A stretch of DNA of 35,562 nt, taken from Deltaproteobacteria bacterium TL4. GTDB taxonomy: Bacteria > SAR324 > NAC60-12. Positions 1-8,322 of this stretch are shown here, one piece after another. The notes below the pieces were generated by a model. The model made no database searches. It was not told where the DNA came from and worked only from the letters and a program-made list of their open reading frames with translations. The translations under genes and the position numbers were made by a program. Each line of letters starts with the position of its first letter. Within the stretch, counting starts at the first letter, position 1. The DNA lies in NCBI GenBank assembly GCA_051382335.1, contig JBBCAX010000157.1, forward strand, positions 1-35,562, in the 5' to 3' direction.

Positions 1-97
1 ACGAGGGATGAGGCTCGACTATCTGAAAACGGAGGTTATCACCATATGTTTATTATATGCAACTGAATTCATTTAGGTTAAATCCCGAACACCTATG
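1..97. mobile_element. Terminus of an IS4-like element running in from the window edge, with the same end sequence as the 181-bp MITE
   Basis: 80-97 AAATCCCGAACACCTATG is identical to the MITE end at 336-353, but the sequence further inside diverges. It is followed by the 10-bp target copy AGCACATCTT. Confidence 0.65.
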
Positions 98-172
98 AGC
101 ACATCTTATAAGGATGGCCTTCTGGAACGTTTGAAAGATACCGAGTACGCAGCCGGTTATCTAACAGCAGTC
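98..172 (+). pseudogene. Fragment of an addiction-module antidote protein (HI1420-like antitoxin)
   Basis: STSYKDGLLERLKDTEYAAGYLTAV resembles the N-terminus of HI1420-type antitoxins. The original start MTKP lies inverted at 364-375, and the fragment is cut by the MITE at 173. Confidence 0.7.
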
Positions 173-353
173 CATAGGTGTTCTGAATTTTTTATCTTTT
201 TAATCATGTACTTAGAGAGACGCCTCATAATTGTCTCTAAAACCGGTAATTCACGGATATTTTTTATCCTTGTTTAACGGGCATTTATGGGCACCCCAAA
301 AATCTGGATTTTAACCAACTGATTATAAATAATAAAAATCCCGAACACCTATG
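173..353. mobile_element. 181-bp MITE, copy 1 (IS4-type ends)
   Basis: Terminal inverted repeats CATAGGTGTTC...GAACACCTATG and no transposase. I count 5 differences from the inverted copy at 3656-3836. Confidence 0.9.
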
Positions 354-367
354 AAGATGTGCTAGGT

Positions 368-475
368 TTAGTCATTCTTTCTCCTTTGATAATCATCCCA
401 AAAATGCTGAGCTTTCTTTATATCTTTGCTTTGAGTTCTTTTATTACCACCAGATAACAAAAGAACATATGTTTG
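368..475 (-). pseudogene. C-terminal fragment of a RelE/HigB-like addiction-module killer protein (HI1419-like)
   Basis: The minus strand reads QTYVLLLSGGNKRTQSKDIKKAQHFWDDYQRRKND*, matching the LLLxGGxKxxQxxDI motif. Its stop overlaps the antitoxin start (ATGACTAA). The 5' part is missing. Confidence 0.75.
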
Positions 476-1601
476 CAAAGGAATACTTTTCAAGCAGTGA
501 AATCTCTCACTCAAAAAGGTGTCAAGTCTTAACTTGAGTCCTTTTCAACCCACCTCCCTCCATCACTCAAAATGGTTGAGCTCAATCTCAGGAAGCAAAG
601 GAAAACATCGACAATGAGTATCACCTCCAGGATGATTCCGTTCTCTATTTTCGTTAGTTATAGGCGGCTTAGACCAGCTTTGTAAAGACCCATGTAGTTT
701 TGTATGGAAAAAAAAGGGGGGACAGGTCGGTTAAGTTTTATTTTGAGGATCCCCAATTAAAGGAATATTTGCCTTGTTTGGTATTGGGTGTTTAGGTACG
801 TTGCCGATGTACCCCTTAAATCGAAACGACACGAGACCTTCCCATGAAAAAAGCCACTCAAGACAAAATCCATACCCCTCATGATAACTCATCAAAACGG
901 TATTTTCTGACACCAGGGAAGCCGCGAGTTTTTTTCAGAGTTATCTGCCCTCGGATTTGGTGGAAAAACTGAATTGGAATTCGTTAGGATTGATAGACAA
1001 AGCGTTTATTGATGAGGAATTCCAAGCCAGTGAATCAGATTTGCTGTTTCAGGTGGAAACTCAAAACACCCAACGTGAAGTGTTCGTTTATTTGCTGTTT
1101 GAGCATCAGTCCTCTCCCGACAAATGGCTGCGGTTCCGTTTGCTCAAGTACCTGTGCCGGATTTGGGATAACTCTTTCAAAGAAACACCTGACCAACAAA
1201 GGCTTAAAGGGATTATCCCCGTGGTTTTTTATCAAGGAAAGTCAACGTGGAATCATTCCACAGAGTTCTTGGACTTGGTAGAATATGAGGGCTTGAATGA
1301 CGTTTTTATTCCTCGCTTTACTCACTTTTTGATGGATCAGTCAGGATATGGATTCGAAGATTTTAAAGGGGAGACCAAAGCAAAAATAGCGCAACTGTTG
1401 CTACGAACCGCGTTTCACGGTCAAATAACCCAAGCCATCCAGCGCTTTGTGAACTTACTGACTCAAATGGAAGTAAACGAAGGCATTGATTATGAAGTAT
1501 TTTTCATGATATACTTGATGGGTATTGAAGGGGTCTCGGTTCAAGAGGTTCAACAGGCAATCGCTCAAGAAGCAAACTCAAAAGAATTAGGAGATAAAAT
1601 T

Positions 1602-1838
1602 ATGAATGCCGCGGAACAATTACGAATGGAAGGGGAACAGCGAGGACTGCAAAAAGGACTGCAAAAAGGACTGCAAAAAGGACGAGAAGAAGGACTGCAA
1701 AAAGGTGACTTGATTGGACAGGTTAGAGCCTTTCAATTAATGCTTAAGCAAACTCAGAACTCAAAAGAAGAGTTGATGGCGAAAACAATGGAAGAATTAG
1801 AGTTGATGCTTAAGCAACTGAAACAGCAACTATTGTAG
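1602..1838 (+). CDS. Putative intragenic small protein (RpnS-type antitoxin), 78 aa
   Basis: In-frame ATG preceded by a strong Shine-Dalgarno (TTAGGAGATAAAATT-ATG) at the MNAAEQLRMEG motif, the position where Rpn internal starts are known. Confidence 0.65.
   Translation: MNAAEQLRMEGEQRGLQKGLQKGLQKGREEGLQKGDLIGQVRAFQLMLKQTQNSKEELMAKTMEELELMLKQLKQQLL
1644..1703 (+). repeat. 12-bp coding tandem repeat GGACTGCAAAAA (GLQK), four copies plus one variant unit
   Basis: Units at 1644, 1656, 1668 and 1692; variant GGACGAGAAGAA at 1680. Confidence 0.9.
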
Positions 1839-2000
1839 TCGTTGAGCTTTTCTGTATTTTATTACGAGAACACTCCAGAAAGTTGAATTAGCCTCTTCTC
1901 CTTCAATGTTCCTATTTAAGGAATATTTGCCTTGTTTGGTATGGGGTGTTTAGGTACGTTGCTGAGGTATCCTGATCTCTAAACCAGACGAGACTTTCTC

Positions 2001-2354
2001 ATGAAAAAAGCGACTCAAGACACAATTCATAATCCGCACGATAAGCTCTTCAAAACGGTATTTTCTGACACCAAAGAAGCCGCAAGTTTTCTTCAGAGTT
2101 ATCTGCCCTCGGAGTTGGTGGAAAAACTCGACTGGAGTTCCTTGCGATTGATTGAAAAGGCCTTCATTGATGAGGAATACCAAGCCAGTGAATCGGATTT
2201 ATTGTTTCAGGTTGAGCTTCAAAATACCCAACGGGAAGTGCTTGTTTATTTGCTGTTTGAGCACCAATCCTCTTCCGACAAATGGGTAAGATTTCGTTTA
2301 CTCAAATGAATGTCGCGGAATAACTACGAATAGAAGGGGAACAGCAAGGACTGC
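2001..2354 (+). pseudogene. Second tandem Rpn copy with an internal deletion
   Basis: An intact N-terminal 102 codons are joined directly to a degenerate copy of the MNAAEQLR segment (2306-2354, with CAA>TAA). The upstream region from 1918 duplicates that from 760. Confidence 0.85.
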
Positions 2355-2556
2355 GGTAGGTTATCCCCTTGTGACCCAGCAATTCTAAAATTGTGTGTAC
2401 GGGTATTGAGACTGCGCCTTGGAACGGGTTAGGTGTGCGAAGTTTGACGCAACCCACTCGTTCAACCCCAGAAATCATGGCAATCCCATAAGCGCCCATC
2501 ATCTCCTCTCGAAATCAGATGGTTTTAGAAATGGACATGAGTAAAGAGAAAATAAG

Positions 2557-3438
2557 ATGACCGATTCAAATCAAAGATATTTAGAACTGTGGGTTGAAGT
2601 TCCTGTGGCTTCAGAAGAATTGTGGAGTGTTTTTTGTTTTGAACATGGATGTTTAGGGATTGAAACGGTTCAGGAAAATAATCGTTGTCAGATACAGCGT
2701 GTTTTTTTTGAGCACCTATCGCCAGATGCGCTTCAAGAACTTTCAGTACAATTTCAAAAGCTCTATCCAACCCTGGCTTTGATTACTTTGATCAAAGTTT
2801 TGGATCTTCCCTGCGAAAATTGGAAAGAAGCCTGGCATCAATTTTTCAAACCTGTGTGTGTGGGAGAAAAACTGATGATTTGTCCGCCCTGGCACCAATC
2901 CGATGTTCCCAGTTCGAGAATCCCTGTGGTGATCAATCCAGGACAAGGCTTTGGCACAGGAAACCATCCTTCAACCGTGCTGGCTTTGGAGCTTTTGGAA
3001 CATCATCTGCTGTCAACGTCACCTCTCCCTGAAAATCTTGTTGATATTGGGATGGGTTCAGGAATACTGGCTATTGCGGCATGTCAACTTGGCGTTCAAT
3101 CGGCGCTAGGGGTCGATATTGATGAAGATGCGGTGCCTGAAGTTCAAGAAAACAGTGCCTTAAATGGTCACGGCGCTAAAATTAAGGCTGTTGTCGGAAC
3201 ACCCTCCGTGATTCACGGTCAGTATTCGATTGTGATCAGTAACATGCTCCTGCACGAATTACTCAGTGTGAAGAATGATTTTGTCCGCTTGCTTGCAAAG
3301 AATGGAGTTTTGATTTGCAGTGGCTTTCTGGATACTCAAGAGACGTCATTTTATGAGGAATTAAGCGCCTTAGGTTTTTTTCCGCAATATATCGCGAAAA
3401 ATGATGAATGGCGAGGCGCTATTTTTCACATTCCGTAA
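2557..3438 (+). CDS. prmA: Ribosomal protein L11 methyltransferase
   Basis: NWxEAWxQFF, INPGQGFGTGNHPST and SAM-binding DIGMGSGILAI motifs. Confidence 0.92.
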   Translation: MTDSNQRYLELWVEVPVASEELWSVFCFEHGCLGIETVQENNRCQIQRVFFEHLSPDALQELSVQFQKLYPTLALITLIKVLDLPCENWKEAWHQFFKPVCVGEKLMICPPWHQSDVPSSRIPVVINPGQGFGTGNHPSTVLALELLEHHLLSTSPLPENLVDIGMGSGILAIAACQLGVQSALGVDIDEDAVPEVQENSALNGHGAKIKAVVGTPSVIHGQYSIVISNMLLHELLSVKNDFVRLLAKNGVLICSGFLDTQETSFYEELSALGFFPQYIAKNDEWRGAIFHIP

Positions 3439-3655
3439 GCTACCTCCATTAAGGCCGCGGCTAGTTGTGTTTGAAGTTCAACATCCTTATCTTTGTTGGA
3501 ATGCCGCAGATTCATGTTTTCGTAGGCAACTGAAAGAATATTGGCTATCATTCCTCTGGGGATTTTTAAGGCAGTCCTGAGTTTATAGGCAGATATCGCC
3601 AGGATCGCGTAATCTCTCAGTAAGACTTTTGCTTAACGCCTTGACATGCTCACCA

Positions 3656-3836
3656 CATAGGTGTTCGGGATTTTTATTATTTATAATCAGTTGGTTAAAA
3701 TCCAGATTTCTGGGGTGTCCGTAAATGCCCGTTAAACAAGGATAAAAAATATCCGTGAATTACCGGTTTTAGAGACAATTATGAGGCGTCTCTCTAAGTA
3801 CATGATTAAAAATATAAAAAATCCAGAACACCTATG
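3656..3836. mobile_element. 181-bp MITE, copy 2 (inverted), with a perfect 10-bp target-site duplication
   Basis: Flanked by ATGCTCACCA at 3646-3655 and 3837-3846. TIRs are CATAGGTGTTC. An IHF-like site AATCAGTTGGTTA lies at 3685-3697. Confidence 0.93.
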
Positions 3837-4063
3837 ATGCTCACCATTTGAATTACTAAGATCGGGTGGATTCAACAAACTCCCGAGGATCCTTTGATTC
3901 GGTTGAGACTGGGGTGAGTCAGGAAATAAGGTTCGAAAGAAAAGGATGTTTCGGCATAACTTGCTGAAAGAGGATCGATTTTTGCTTAAAACTGCTTATT
4001 GGCGTTATATCAGAGGTCGTAACTGGTTTATTTCAATAGACAAATGACTCACAGAAATTACTT

Positions 4064-5206
4064 ATGAAAAGATCCGATCCAATACTCATCATTGTCACCA
4101 TCATTTTGTTATTATGGGGTACTGTTATGGTATACAGTACTAGTGCCATTTATGCAACTCAACGCTATGGCAATAGCAATTATTTTATATTGAAACATAT
4201 GATGCACATTGCCATCGCCCTTGGCGGTTTTTGCCTCGCATGGTTTGTGGATTATCGCAAATGGAAAAAACTCATTCCCATTTTGATGTTAGGGAGTCTT
4301 CTCCTTTTGATCCTGGTTTATATTCCTGGCATTGGCCATGAAGTCAAGGGGGGACGTCGATGGATACGTTTTATCGGACTTGGGTTTCAACCTGCCGAGT
4401 TACTAAAAGTAATCCTGATTCTTTACGTCGCGTCCTATTTGGAACGGAAACAGGAATTGCTCAGCTCATTTTTTCGTGGAATCAGTCCCAACTTCATTGT
4501 AACGGGAATTTATCTGGCACTGGTTTTATTACAACCTGATTTTGGAACGGTAGTTTTACTGTCACTCACCATTTTGCTCATGATCTATGCGGGCGGTGCA
4601 AAAACATCTCATATTTTAGGAAGTTTAACCGGGGTTTCTCTCATTGCGGCCATCATGATTGCCTCTTATGACTATCGGGTAAAACGGCTGTCCTCCTTTT
4701 TAAATCCTTGGGATGATCCTTTGGATTCAGGATATCAAATCATTCAGTCGATTATTGCTCTGGGCTCAGGGGGTGTTTGGGGAAGAGGGCTCGGAGAAAG
4801 CCGACAAAAACTTTTCTTTCTACCGGATGCCCATACCGATTTTATCTTTGCTATTTTAGGTGAAGAATTCGGGTTTATCGGCATCTTTTTATTGATGCTG
4901 CTGTTTGCCATCTACCTGTGGAGAGGCTATGTTATTTCCTGGAATTCTGGGGATAATTTCGGGAAATACCTTGCCTTTGGAACAACGACTTTGATAGGAC
5001 TGCAAGTGATTTTTAACTTGGGTGTTGTGACGGCCTTATTACCGACCAAAGGACTTCCTTTGCCTTTTATTAGTTTTGGTGGTTCCTCTATTCTAACGAC
5101 ACTGTTCATCACAGGCTTATTATTGAATATTCAACGAGGGCAATTCGCTGAAGCTCAGCATCCAAAGGGGATGAGGATGGGACACAAATTGCCTGGATTT
5201 CTCTAA
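4064..5206 (+). CDS. ftsW: SEDS family peptidoglycan polymerase FtsW
   Basis: About 10 TM segments; GGRRWI, FQPAE, LLQPDFGT, LFFLPDAHTDFIFA and KGLPLPFISFGGSS motifs. Confidence 0.88.
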   Translation: MKRSDPILIIVTIILLLWGTVMVYSTSAIYATQRYGNSNYFILKHMMHIAIALGGFCLAWFVDYRKWKKLIPILMLGSLLLLILVYIPGIGHEVKGGRRWIRFIGLGFQPAELLKVILILYVASYLERKQELLSSFFRGISPNFIVTGIYLALVLLQPDFGTVVLLSLTILLMIYAGGAKTSHILGSLTGVSLIAAIMIASYDYRVKRLSSFLNPWDDPLDSGYQIIQSIIALGSGGVWGRGLGESRQKLFFLPDAHTDFIFAILGEEFGFIGIFLLMLLFAIYLWRGYVISWNSGDNFGKYLAFGTTTLIGLQVIFNLGVVTALLPTKGLPLPFISFGGSSILTTLFITGLLLNIQRGQFAEAQHPKGMRMGHKLPGFL

Positions 5207-5261
5207 GGCTTGGATCCGTCACTTTGAAATAAAATTGGTAATTCGCATTGATTTGTCTCTT

Positions 5262-8216
5262 ATGATCCTACGAAGATTGTTCCTGGTTTTGCTGTCCGTC
5301 GCCTACCTGACGCTGGGGGCAAGCTATGCCGCGCCTCAAGATCAATATTTCTTGGATAATTTTTTCAAGGCGGTTCAGGGAAAAGATGATTGGACCATCC
5401 TCACACTTGCCATCAGAACGAGCCCTTCTGCTGTGAAACTTGCGCTGGAACAAGAGCTCAATATCAACGTTCCGGGAAAAAACGAATTTGAAGGAATCAC
5501 GCCTTTAATGATTGCCGCCTCTATGGGGCAAGGCGAATCGGCAAAAATACTTGTCGAAAACGGTGCGGACGTTCGTGCGAGCGATCCAACAGGAAAAACT
5601 GCTTTGATGATTGCTTCGGAGGAAGGGTATCCCGAAATCGTTCAATTTTTGTTGACGTCTCATGCGGATATCCATGCAAAATCCAAGGATGGCTGGACTC
5701 CTTTAATCTGGGCCTCAAGAGCCGGGCATACAAAAACAGTGACAACCTTGTTAGCGCATGGCGCTGATATTCAGGTCAAAGATAGTTTAGGAATGAACGC
5801 TCTGATGTGGGCCTCTCAATTTGGTCACGTTCAAACCTTGAAATTATTATTGGCAAAAGGCGCCGATCCTAAAGTCCAAACACTCCAGGGTACCTCCGCC
5901 CTCATGTTAGCCGCCAGGTTTGGACATAGCAAAATCATTCCTTTGCTGTTAGACCATACTTCCAACAATATTGACGTTCAGGAATCAGAGTTTCACCGTT
6001 CCGCGCTCATCCTTGCGGCACTCAATGGACAGTTGGAGGCCGCGAAGCTTTTAGTGGTTCGCGGCGCGAATATTAATATTCAGGATTATCAAGGGGCAAC
6101 CGCATTATTAGTCGCAATCCAGGAAGATCACGTTGAAACCGCCCAGATGTTGATTCAACGTAAAGCAGATGTCAATTTGGGTGACAAAAATACCTTCCCC
6201 TTAGTTGCGGCCGCAGAACGGGGTTATGCTGAGCTCATAGGACCGATGCTCAATCGGGAGGCCAAGATCTCTGTTACTGATCAAGAGGGAAAAACCGTAC
6301 TCATGGCAGCGGCAGGGAATGGTCATTTACCGACGGTCAAATTATTGATGAAGTATGGAGCGGATCTCAATGCTACTGATAAATATAATCGAACCGCACT
6401 CATGTGGGCGGCCGATTACCATCATTTGGAGGTTGCAAAACAACTAATTCAAGGAGAGATTGAATTAAAAAAAAATATCATGTATGCGGCCTCTCAAGGA
6501 TATACTCCCATCCTTCGCTTGCTGTTTGAAAAAACCACAGATTTGAACCAAAAAAATGACCAGGAATGGACCCCCTTGATGTTGGCCAGCAATAATGGGC
6601 ATACAGAAACCGTTCGGATGCTGCTCATCAAAGGTGTTGATGTCAATGCTGCCGGTCAAAATGGATGGACACCTCTGATGCTTGCCGCAGGCTCGGGTTA
6701 TACCGAAACCGTCAGCTTACTCCTCAAAAAAGGTGCGGATGTCCAATTACTTGACCAAGATAACTGGACCGCCTTAACGTGGGCCGCCTCCAGAGGTTAT
6801 ACCGAAACCGCTCAAATATTGATTGAAAATGGTGCCAATGTCAATCACACAGGAGTCAATACGCCTCCTCCCTTGATTTGGGCTGCGTCTAAAGGACACA
6901 CTCAAATGATGAAGCTCTTGCTCGAACACGGAGCCAATGTTAACGGAACAGGGGAGCATGGAAAATCCTCCTTGATGGAAGCCGCCTTGAAAGGACACAT
7001 TGAAACTACACAATTTCTGATTGAACAAGGTGCTAATCTTCACGAAAACCTGCTATTCGCATCAGCTCGGGGACATACAGAGTTTGTAGAGTTACTCCTT
7101 CAATACAAAGCGAAAATCAATACGTTAAATGAAAAAGCCGAATCTCCATTGATCCTTGCGGTTAAGGGCGGGCATTCCTCAACGGTCCGGTTGTTGTTGA
7201 CGAAGGGTGCGGATTTAAATATTAAGAACAAACAAGGTGATACAGCGTTAATGATCGCGGTTGTGAATGGACACTTGGGAATCATCCGTCTCCTCATCAC
7301 CTATGGTGCGGATGTCAACAACTGTGACGCTCAAAAAAATACACCACTGATGATAGCAACACTACGTGGCCAGACGGATATTGTTGATTATTTATTAAAA
7401 CGTGGTGCTCAAATTAATGCGCAAAATCAATATAATCAAACGGCTCTGATGATGGCTAGCCTTAAAGGGTTTACGGGAATTATAGAGCTGTTATTGAAAC
7501 ACGGAAGCAAACTTGATTTAAAAAATCATAACGATCAAACCGCTTTAGTGATCGCTGCGGAGCATGGACATACCAGGGTGGTAGAGACCCTTTTGTCAGG
7601 AGGCGTGGATATTCAGGCAAATGCCTTTAATCGTCATGGAAAAGGCGGAACGGCACTGATTGTTGCCGCAAGAAATGGACATGTGGAGACCGTAAAAGCA
7701 CTGTTGAATGCAGGTGCGGATGTTGACGCCAGAGAACTGATGTATCGCCAAACCGCATTAATGGAAGCGGCTTATAATGGACACGAAGAGACACTCTCTT
7801 TATTATTGCAATTTAAGGCCGATATTCATCAACAAAGTGATTTCGGCGAAACCGCACTGATGTTGGCCTCCTTTAGCGGTCATACGGCAATTGTGAAACA
7901 ACTTGCTGAAGGGGGTGCTGACCTGAATTACCTCAACCAGTATGGTAAAAACGCCATCATGCTTGCAGGTATCAACGGGCATCTGGAAACACTTCAGCTT
8001 CTTATAGAACAGGGTGCTGATTTACAGCAAGTCACCTCTGAAAAACAAAATGTACTGATCTTAGCCGCAATGAATGGCCATCTGGATATTGTCAAAATGT
8101 TGATTTCTCATGGAATTGATAGTCAACTGGAAGATAAATCGGGAGAAACCGCGCTCACCTATGCGAAAAAAAAGGGGTTTTCAGAAATCGCCGATTACCT
8201 CAGTTCCCTTCATTAG
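5262..8216 (+). CDS. Large secreted ankyrin-repeat protein
   Basis: N-terminal signal-like sequence (MILRRLFLVLLSVAYLTLGASYA-A) followed by more than 25 GxTP/ALxxAAxxGH...LLxxGAD repeats. Likely start is ATG 5262; the ORF track starts at 5235. Confidence 0.92.
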   Translation: MILRRLFLVLLSVAYLTLGASYAAPQDQYFLDNFFKAVQGKDDWTILTLAIRTSPSAVKLALEQELNINVPGKNEFEGITPLMIAASMGQGESAKILVENGADVRASDPTGKTALMIASEEGYPEIVQFLLTSHADIHAKSKDGWTPLIWASRAGHTKTVTTLLAHGADIQVKDSLGMNALMWASQFGHVQTLKLLLAKGADPKVQTLQGTSALMLAARFGHSKIIPLLLDHTSNNIDVQESEFHRSALILAALNGQLEAAKLLVVRGANINIQDYQGATALLVAIQEDHVETAQMLIQRKADVNLGDKNTFPLVAAAERGYAELIGPMLNREAKISVTDQEGKTVLMAAAGNGHLPTVKLLMKYGADLNATDKYNRTALMWAADYHHLEVAKQLIQGEIELKKNIMYAASQGYTPILRLLFEKTTDLNQKNDQEWTPLMLASNNGHTETVRMLLIKGVDVNAAGQNGWTPLMLAAGSGYTETVSLLLKKGADVQLLDQDNWTALTWAASRGYTETAQILIENGANVNHTGVNTPPPLIWAASKGHTQMMKLLLEHGANVNGTGEHGKSSLMEAALKGHIETTQFLIEQGANLHENLLFASARGHTEFVELLLQYKAKINTLNEKAESPLILAVKGGHSSTVRLLLTKGADLNIKNKQGDTALMIAVVNGHLGIIRLLITYGADVNNCDAQKNTPLMIATLRGQTDIVDYLLKRGAQINAQNQYNQTALMMASLKGFTGIIELLLKHGSKLDLKNHNDQTALVIAAEHGHTRVVETLLSGGVDIQANAFNRHGKGGTALIVAARNGHVETVKALLNAGADVDARELMYRQTALMEAAYNGHEETLSLLLQFKADIHQQSDFGETALMLASFSGHTAIVKQLAEGGADLNYLNQYGKNAIMLAGINGHLETLQLLIEQGADLQQVTSEKQNVLILAAMNGHLDIVKMLISHGIDSQLEDKSGETALTYAKKKGFSEIADYLSSLH

Positions 8217-8231
8217 CAGGATTAACAAAAA

Positions 8232-8295
8232 ATTCTCGTTCTTTTTCAGAAAATAACTTCAAGGTTTCCATGGCCTGCCTCATTTCTTCAGTGTT
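8232..8295 (-). repeat. 64-bp perfect direct repeat of Rpn-internal sequence 8568-8631
   Basis: ATTCTCGTTCTTTTTCAGAAAATAACTTCAAGGTTTCCATGGCCTGCCTCATTTCTTCAGTGTT occurs at both positions. Confidence 0.92.
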
Positions 8296-8322
8296 TCATT
8301 TTCCCAGCGATAAATCGCTGGT

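Larger units (their letters stand above)
844..1838 (+). pseudogene. Rpn family (YhgA-like) PD-(D/E)XK nuclease/putative transposase with a 1-nt frameshift near codon 15
   Basis: ATG at 844 (MKKATQDKIHTPHD) aligns with the paralog at 2001. GAT AAG CTC is GAT AA CTC here (about 886-888). The downstream frame has ESDLLF, YLLFEHQS and IIPVVFYQG motifs and a GLQK repeat tail. The frameshift could be a sequencing error. Confidence 0.85.

Noticed and set aside
3426..3560. tmRNA-like tag (…QLAAA) on the minus strand after prmA
   Set aside because: The frame continues past LAAA without a stop, and no tRNA-like ends are visible.
173..3836. Composite transposon or invertible segment bounded by the two inverted MITEs, carrying the Rpn genes and prmA
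   Set aside because: Copy 2 retains its own perfect TSD on both sides and the outer flanks do not match, so the insertions are independent.
3950..3966. Sigma54 promoter upstream of ftsW (CGGCATAACTTGCT)
   Set aside because: The GG to GC spacing is 8 nt, not the required 10.
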